Source: Chiloscyllium plagiosum
Lineage: Eukaryota
Direction of reading: 5' to 3'
DNA length: 29,904 nt
NCBI RefSeq assembly: GCF_004010195.1
Contig: NC_057718.1
Span: 17,800,028 to 17,829,931, forward strand
Below, piece by piece: positions 22,585-29,904 of this stretch (the stretch's first letter is position 1; each line of letters starts with the position of its first letter). A program made the position numbers and the translations under genes. The notes beneath the pieces were generated by a model, which saw nothing but the letters and a program-made list of their open reading frames with translations, was not told where the DNA came from and did no database searches.

Positions 22585-22856
22585 GAGTTGGTAGCCAGAA
22601 ATTGCATATTTAAAATAATTGGAAAAAAACTTGAAAGGGAAAATGAAGAGATTTTGTTACAGATCTAGAATATACTATTGAAATGGGTGATAGAATCAGA
22701 TTCCATATACACCTTCAACAGACACTGGTCAAGAGAACTATTTTTCAGGGTTTTGAGGAAGAAGCTTGGATGTGGGATTAATTTCAAGAACTCTTTCAAA
22801 GAGCCATCATGGGTGCGATGGCCTGAATGGCTCACTTCTATGTTGTAGGATACCAT
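22585..22856 (+). mobile_element. Old CR1-type LINE 3' fragment
   Basis: CTCTTTCAAAGAGCCATCATGGGTGCGATGGCCTGAATGGCTCACTTCTATGTTGTA is a CR1-type 3' tail. The upstream part is degenerate. Confidence 0.6.
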
Positions 22857-22931
22857 AGGTGGAATTATCATTTTGCAGTAGAGAAGTAGGATCAGGTATG
22901 GCATGAGAAATCAAAAGATAAAGTCCTGGTG

Positions 22932-23676
22932 CTTATATGAATTTTTGTTGGAGCAGCGCAAGGGCCGAGGACAGAGAGGTCAGTGTGAAAGATAGATGGA
23001 GAATTAAAATTACACCCGCCTGGAAATTCAAGGTCATAGTTTGGCCTGAAGCTTGGTGTTCTGCAAAGTGGTTGCTGAATCCGTGTTTGGTCTCCACAAG
23101 ATTAAGTACATTGTGAGCAGTGCTGACTAAATGACGTAGGAGTGGCTGGGCCACTCATTATTGCCATCCAACAGTGCCGTTGGAAAACTGAACTGCGACG
23201 ATGTGTTTGATGGTGTTTTTGGCAGAATGGCAGTGGAGGCTGGTGGGGTGGGAGAGGAGGACAAGAGAAACCCCACAGATTTAGGGAGGGAGGAATTGGA
23301 CCACATATTTCAAAATGACACTTTGCAACCTTCTGGACTCAACACTGAATCCACCAGTTTTGTGTCCCACCATCTCCTTTTATCTTGTTTATATTACTTT
23401 GCAAGTTATTGCTTTACTCGTGTTTTTCATTTTTGTTTTTGGGCTACAGCTATTCATTTTCTGCCATTTGCCTCTCTCCTTGACACACTTTCTCCATTGG
23501 TACCATTCCTTTGAGCTTGAACCATCGGCTTTTCTGCTATTTAGTCTTTCCTGCCAGTCTATCCCATAACAGACTTTTCTTTTTGTCATTTTCCCATCCC
23601 TTTCCCTTTTACTTGCTTAAAATATATTGCATTACTAATTTATATCAGCTTGAATGAAAGGTAATTGGCCTGAAAA
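22932..23676. mobile_element. Degenerate Penelope-like retroelement (linker, GIY-YIG endonuclease, 3' UTR) with 5' inversion
   Basis: Minus strand 23280 to 22932: VSLVLLSHPTSLH..., VETKHGFSNHFAEH, HTDLSVLG/LRCSNKNSYK. Plus strand from 23290: EELDHIFQNDTLQPSGLNTESTSF, then a pyrimidine-rich UTR and a decayed hammerhead-like TTGAATGAAAGGTAATTGGCCTGAAA (23650-23675). Confidence 0.75.
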
Positions 23677-24784
23677 GATGGCCAGGGTTTTATGCCAGAC
23701 CAAGATCCCAAACCTCCACACTATAGATGTCAAGAGAGAGCCCATAAAGGTGTTATCCAGCCCATTGTCCACTATCAGCCCAAACAGTGAAAGGTCCTAG
23801 GTCTCACATGTGGGGCCAGCCTTTGTCTGTCATGGGTCACATCCCAATGGACAGTTAACACCAATAACTGACCAACAAATAGATGGATCTCCCCATGCCT
23901 TCTTGGCTGGGCATGAAATTATGACAGGGTAGAAGCATGCAAGTAGATACTGGGAATGGCGCCAATGGCATTGTGTTCAAATTCACACCCCACCTCACCT
24001 GACAATATGCCCTCAGGAGGTGTAGACGACAATGCATCAACTTGTACCTGCCCCCATGGATGCTACCTAACCAATGAAATACCTGCAAGATTTTCTATTT
24101 TCTGTCTAAACATTTGGACCATAGTGTTTCAAGATCTTGAGGCTTTTGTTGCAGTAACGGGATGCACTAACAGGTTTCGTGCTATTTAGCTCAGTGCCAG
24201 GTTGGCTGTGACAACTTAGTTCCATGTATCTGAAAGAATGGTCTTTTTCAAAGACTTAGTTACTGGGAGCTTTTGCCACTTTTGTTAGACAACTCATGTT
24301 GGCATTGGTGGATATACATTATCAGTGCTGCTGGACTTTGAGGAGCACTAAATGATGCAGGCAGATGGTTGATAGCAATCTGAGTCCCTAGATTCCTTGT
24401 GCAGTTTCAATGGGACAGTACACACTTTGTCCAAGCATGGCATACGTGCTGGGCAAAAACCACAAGGCAACACAGGTTTGTAACCTCATAGAGATTGTGC
24501 TTGTAAGCTTCCATGATTGTGTTACAGGGTTAACAATGATTTGTTCAACAGTCATTATAAGCAAGTGCCTTTCTGAGGCCCATTAAGGTTTCCTCACAGT
24601 TTTGGTGAGTAGTAGTCAGGATTGAAGTGAATACAAGAAGACTAGTGTAAACTGTGTGAAAGTTGAATGCATGATTCTGCTTGTCACCAATTGTCAGAGG
24701 AATGGTCTTTGACCACATCCCACTGAATCTAAATGCCATGCTGTTTAGGTTCAGGGAAATACTTAATGACTAACTTTGATGAGA

Positions 24785-24886
24785 TGGAACGTTGATTCTC
24801 CTGCTCATCGGATGCTGCCTGACCTGCTGTGCTTTTTCAGCACCACACTCGACTCTGATCGCCAGCATCTGCAGTCCTCACTCTCT
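24785..24886 (+). mobile_element. Short Penelope-derived insertion with perfect 16-bp TSD
   Basis: AACGTTGATTCTCCTGCTCATCGGATGCTGCCTGACCTGCTGTGC...CAGCATCTGCAGTCCTCACT, same family as 21569-21679. ACTAACTTTGATGAGA at 24769-24784 and 24887-24902. Confidence 0.88.
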
Positions 24887-24960
24887 ACTAACTTTGATGA
24901 GAGGCATAAATAAATCTAGTTTACACAGTGGCTATGAAGACATCAAAGTAGATCATTACT

Positions 24961-25272
24961 GGGGCGGCATGGTGGCTCAGTGGTTAGCACAGCTGCCTCT
25001 CAGTGCTGGAGAGCTGGGTTTGATTTGTACATTCTCCCTGCATTGTGTGGGTTTCTTCTAGGTGCTCCAGTTTCCTCCCACAGTCCAAAGATATGTAGGT
25101 TAAGTAGACTGATCATGCCAATAGCGTCCAGGAATGCGTAGGCAAGGTGGGTTAGCATGGGGGTTACAGAGCGATGATAGGTGAGTCAGGGTGGAATGCT
25201 GTTTGGACGGATGGCGTAGGCTTGATGGGCCAAATGGCCTGCTTCCACACTGTAGGGTATCTATGATCTCTG
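24961..25272 (+). mobile_element. V-SINE (HE1-like) with tRNA-derived head
   Basis: Pol III A box TGGCTCAGTGG (24973-24983), B-box-like GGTTTGATT (25017-25025), V-core GGTTTCTTCTAGGTGCTCCAGTTTCCTCCCACAGTCCAAAGAT, and tail GATGGGCCAAATGGCCTGCTTCCACACTGTAGG. Confidence 0.88.
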
Positions 25273-26119
25273 AGTGAGAGGGGAGGAGGTTGTTTCTTCA
25301 GGTTTCACTTGGTGACACACAAACATGTGGCATTTTGAAAAGAATCATTGTGTATAACATTTCACTGGTTACTTGATAAGGTGCGAGCTGTGTCTATTAC
25401 AGCTCATTCATGCTCTGCATTTTACTCCCTTAGCCGTGAAGCACTCCCAAACATCTTGGGGTTGTGAGTAGTGCTATACAAATGCAAGTTCTTTCTATTT
25501 TGTTTGGGATTTTTAAATCATGAAGGGAGTAAACTGCAGTCAATTTACTACAGATTACAAAATTAATATAAAATTTGGAGGTAAAATATTCGATTAGATG
25601 TTTGGAAATATGTGTTTTCGTAAACAGTCAACATCCTCTGGAACTGATTGCTGTAGCATGTGTATAATGACTATGGATTTGATGCAGTCTTCCAAACAGG
25701 AGCTGGTTAGCTCTTCACAGAATGAGCTTTCAAGATATAGGTGATAAATTATGCAATAGCTGAGATGACTAAGATTCATGACTTACTGTAGTCTAGTCGA
25801 GCTTACCGGTTTGCCATGGGGCACTGGAAGAAAAAGTCCTTCAGTTTTTCCCAATTACCTTCAGTCATTTCTCTACCTCTCACACAAAATTTTGAGACAA
25901 AGGAGGAATAACAATGGTCTGTGTCATTTCACCCTGAGTGACTGAGCCATAGTTTGTTTATACATCCGTTTATTTTATCCATTGAGACACAAGGTCAGAA
26001 AGCAAGCTTTGGAAATGGGCGTAACTGGTGGGTCACTCACTAGCCAGCTATTTTGGGGATTTTCAGCAAAAATGGTCCTTAATTTCCATTAAAGCTGATT
26101 AAAAACAGAAGTGGAAGTC

Positions 26120-26453
26120 CAATGGTATTAACTTTGGCTTATTAAACCAGAGCCCTAGATGTTCTGGGGACCCAGGCTTGAATCGCTTTGACAGATAGTG
26201 GAATTCAAATTCAGTTAAAATCTAGAATTAAGAGTCTAATGATGACCATGAGACAACTACCGATTGTCAGGGGAAAAGCCCATCTGGTTCACTAATGTCC
26301 TTGAGGCAAGGAAGCTGCCATGCTTATTTGGTCCAGTCTATATATGACTGCAGGCCCATAGCAATGTGGTTGACTCTTAACTGCTCTGCAGGCAATTAGG
26401 GATGTGCTGGCCTAGCCAATGTGCTGGCCTGTACCTTGAATCATTAAAAAAAA
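26120..26453 (+). mobile_element. tRNA-derived SINE-like element (family not named)
   Basis: B-box-like GGGGACCCAGGCTTGAATC, body CATCTGGTTCACTAATGTCCTT...AGCAATGTGGTTGACTCTTAACTGC recalled as an abundant shark repeat, and an A8 tail at 26446-26453. Confidence 0.7.
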
Positions 26454-26649
26454 GTGTTTTGGATAATGTTTATCAGCACCAAGTACTCCTTGGTCAAGTG
26501 GTTTAATCAGATACAACATGCCCTTTGTCTGTACCCTCACTCCAGGACAGCATTCTGCACCAAATCAATGCAATCTTTCTCCCTCAATTCTTCAGGCAGC
26601 AGGAGGCTTTGTGCACATTCCATGCGGCACGAGCAAGTTAATATTTTTC

Positions 26650-26842
26650 TCTCCTGATGCAGGTCTGCGCCTGCTTAGAATTGGTTGAAACTGTCAAAAG
26701 TCGCCTTGATTAGAATCTTTGAGACCCAACAAAGCGAGAGGGAGAGAGAGAAAGGGGAAGGAAATGCAGCCCATGCTGGATTCAGATCTGCATCACAGAG
26801 ATGAAAAAGGCAGTGTGCCAATCCACTGCACTAACTCACTGC
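26650..26842 (-). mobile_element. Second copy (5' part) of the LF-SINE-like element
   Basis: Minus strand TAGTGCAGTGGATTGGCACACTGCCTTTTTCATCTCTGTGATGCAGATCTGAATCCAGCATGGGCTGC aligns with 6046-6118. Confidence 0.5.
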
Positions 26843-27350
26843 GTAACACAGGCCCCTAAGGAGCTACCATTTCTATTGTTTAAGAATGCATTAAGAGGCT
26901 AGCCCTTAACAATTGTGGGCACCATTAAATTCTTTGTGAAACAGTGGTTGAAAATATAATGTGTATATCTTGTCTCATCATTTAAAGTAGCATTATTTGG
27001 ATCTCGGACAGATTGTTAGGGAGATGTTTTAGTGGTCTAGTGACAGTTTAACCTGGTTTTGCAAAGGCCTCAAATTTGGAGTATTCTGGACTCAGGAGTG
27101 GGTATTGCATTCTTGAAGGTTTTTAAATATAAATATAACTGTGTTTCGACCTTAATGTGATGTACATTTTACAGCGCTGATTGCAAGTAGCATCTACATG
27201 AAAAATATCACTTTAAATTAAAATTTTCACTTTTAATACATAAAAATTAAATGGAAATTTTCTGTATTTATTTAGTATTTATTAATGCATTACAACTTAA
27301 TGTATTACTGTTAGAATTTATTACAGTATTTATTTAGAATTAAAGTCACG

Positions 27351-27693
27351 GTCTAGAACTAGGAGCCAACTGCTTCAAAATAAGAAGTCATCCATGTAAG
27401 ACAGAATGGCAGACAGAATTGATGGGCTGAATGGCTTTCATCTGTTCTTGTGCTTTTTTTTCTCACGGAGGGTCGTGAGTCTTTGGAACTCCCTTCCTCA
27501 AAAGGTGGCAGAAGCAGAGTCTGGAAATATTTCTAAGGCAGAGGTAGATAGATTCATGATAAGCATGAGGGTGAATGGTTATCGGGAGTAAGTGTGAATA
27601 TAGAGTGATTAGATCAGTCATTTTGTTATTGAATGACAGAGCAGGCTCAAAGCACTGAGTGGACTGTGCCTGCTCCTGATTTGAATGTTTGTA
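27351..27693 (+). mobile_element. CR1 LINE 3' fragment containing an extra short CR1 tail (about 27403-27452)
   Basis: FFSRRVVSLWNSLPQKVAEAESGNISKAEVDRFM (ORF2 C-terminus). Internal GATGGGCTGAATGGCTTTCATCTGTTC tail motif. Confidence 0.8.
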
Positions 27694-28504
27694 ATTATTA
27701 CCAATGATCTGAATGGTACCATTATGATGCAGACTGCACCAATGTGTACTCAGCAGCTACCTATGGACAGTGGCAGTCACCTGTTCAGCAAACTGACAGT
27801 AAATTGCAACAATGGTAAACCGTACAGCTTCGAAACTGGAGAACCTTTGATCAAAACAGCACACCAATGCTTATATCTTGCATTTTTCCCTCCTGTATGA
27901 CAAAGAATGGCTAGGTTTCCATGCAGTCTTGAATTTGGCATGACAATTAATTATCTTAACAAGCGTTCAGAAACAAATGAGGGAAGCTCTACATTAATTT
28001 GTCATTGCACTGTCATTAGAGCAACAGATTAGGTCTATCCTGGAACTGGAATTTACAACAATTGCCTTGAGAAATGTTCTTTTTTTGTCCAAATTTTATT
28101 TTTTTATTGACAGCAAGCTCACTGAAGCACCTTACTGCCTGCTGGGAGTAATTTCTGTTTTTTTTATAATGTTGTGCTGAGTGACTCCTCCCAGCCAATT
28201 TTCTCCAATAACAATGTGGGCATCAAATGTTACAAAAAAAGAATCCAAAGAACAGATGGAGCAAAATGTTGTGCAAGGTAACCATAATTCTACATCTCTT
28301 TTTGATATTTAAAGAGGTGACTGTCGGTGAGATTTCTTCTATAATAAAACCAGATCATATGAGAGACCCCTAGAGGGAATGGAAAACTATATAATTAACA
28401 ATGGGTAAAGGATTGATGCTGATACATAGGACAGCTGCAGGTATGGAAGGAATCAGAAAAGGAGGTCATAACTTTTAGTCTCTATCAAATATAGTAACAT
28501 TTTC

Positions 28505-28605
28505 ATGAAAGTTGAGTTGCAGGTCAATAGGATAGTGAAGAAGGCACTTGATATGCTTGCCTTTTTTGATCAGTACATTGGGTATAGGATTTGGGAGATC
28601 ATGTT
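28505..28605 (+). mobile_element. CR1 ORF2 internal fragment
   Basis: MKVELQVNRIVKKALDMLAF... homologous to the minus-strand copy near 29175-29255. Confidence 0.7.
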
Positions 28606-29904
28606 ATAGAGTCATAGAGATGTACAGTATGGAAACAGACCCTTCAGTCCAACTCATCGATGCCAACCAGATATCCTAACCTAATCTAATCCGATTTGCC
28701 AGTACCTGGCCCATATCCCTCCAAACCCTTCCTATTCATATACCCATCCAGATGCCTTTTAAATGTTGCAATTGTACCAGCCTCCACCACTTCCTCTGGC
28801 AGCTCATTCCATATCCGTACCACCCTCTGTGTGAAAAAATTGCCATTTAGGTCCCTTTTATATCTTTCCCCTCTCACCCTAAACCTATGCCCTCTAGTTC
28901 TGGGGACCCTCACACCAGGGAAAAGACCTTGTCTATTTACCCTCACGATTTTATAAACCTTGATAAGGTCACCCCTCAGCCTCTGATGCTCCAGGGAAAA
29001 CAGCCCCAGCCTATTCAGCCTCTCCCTATAGCTCAAACCCAGCAATCCTGGCAACATCCTTGTAAATCTTTTCTGAACCCGTTCAAGTTTCACAACATCC
29101 TTCCGATAGGAAGGAGACCAGAATTGCACGCAATATTCCAACAGTGGCCTAACCAATGTCCTGTACAGCCGCAACATGACTCCCAAGTCCTGTACTCAAT
29201 GATCTGACCAATAAAGGAAAGCATACCAAAAGCCTTCTGCACTATTCTATTTTCAAGGAGCTGTGAACCTGCACTCCAAGATCTCTTTGCTCAGCAACAC
29301 TCCCCAGGACCTTACCATTAAGTGTATAAGTCCTGCTCTGATTTGCCTTTCCAAAATGCAGCACCTCACATTTATCTAAATTAAACTCCACCTGCCACTC
29401 CCCAGCCCATTGGCCCATCTGATCAACATCCCATTGTACTCTAAGGTAACCTTCTTCACTATCCACTACACCTCCAATTTTGGTGTCATCTGCAAACTTA
29501 CTAGCTATACCTCCTATGTTCACATCGAAATCATTTATATAAATGACAAAATGTAGTGGACCCAGCACTCCACTGGTCACAGGCCTCCAGTCTGAAAAAC
29601 AACCCTCCACCACTACCCTCTGTCTTCTAGCTTTGAGCCAGTTCTGTATCCCAATGGCTAGTTCTCCCTGTATTCCATGAGATCTAACCATGCTAAACAG
29701 TCTCCCATGGGGAACCTTGTCGAACGCCTTACTGAAGGCCATATAGATCACATCTACTGTTCTGCCCTCATCAATCTTCTTTGTTACTTCTTCAAAAAAC
29801 TCAATCAAGTTTGTGAGACATGATTTCCCACGCACAAAGCCATGTTGACTATCCCTAATCAGTCCTTGCCTTTCTAAATACATGTGCATCCTGTCCCTCA
29901 GGAT
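28606..29904 (-). mobile_element. Relatively young but inactivated CR1 LINE (RT domain to 3' tail), continuing past the window edge
   Basis: QHGF, SCLTNLIEFFE, FSKAFDKVPH, FADDTK (29485-29496 for FADD), LVRPLLEYCVQFWSP and TRGH motifs. Tail repeat CTCTATGA at 28606-28619. Lesions: YMD to YMA (29737-29739), loss of PQGSV near 29567, and a frameshifting deletion near 29250. Confidence 0.95.

Noticed and set aside
24961..25030. tRNA gene
   Set aside because: The A and B boxes belong to a SINE head that runs straight into the V-SINE core. There is no complete cloverleaf.
27120..27345. Very AT-rich stretch
   Set aside because: No periodicity or defined termini seen. Treated as low-complexity background.
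28686..29889. Reverse transcriptase as a novel or domesticated RT system
   Set aside because: Ordinary CR1 ORF2 with a catalytic-motif substitution, deletions and a frameshift.

Overview
Vertebrate genomic DNA, most likely from a shark or other cartilaginous fish (inferred from the repeat families: HE1-type V-SINEs, CR1, L2 and Tx1/L1 LINE remnants, and Penelope-like elements). The window holds one host gene segment: the first coding exon of CRIM1 on the minus strand (ATG at 17223, phase-1 donor at 16910; signal peptide plus IGFBP-like domain). It has a predicted CCAAT/TATA/Inr core promoter near 17805-17868, a long 5' leader with one 7-codon uORF, and a second cluster of promoter motifs (CRE, GC boxes, CCAAT, NRF1) about 0.9 kb further upstream, beyond an ACAT/ACAC low-complexity tract. 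Positions 1-16910 are inferred intron 1; I could not find exon 2. Most other ORFs are spurious or transposon-derived. The most notable non-obvious structure is a set of Penelope-derived insertions: five carry intact or decayed minimal hammerhead-ribozyme cores, two are long inverted-repeat hairpins with 14-16 bp target-site duplications, and one GIY-YIG-coding copy has a nearly seamless 5' inversion. There is also a candidate in-frame poison exon in CRIM1 intron 1. I see no clearly unprecedented system. Repeat family names come from recalled consensus motifs, not database searches.
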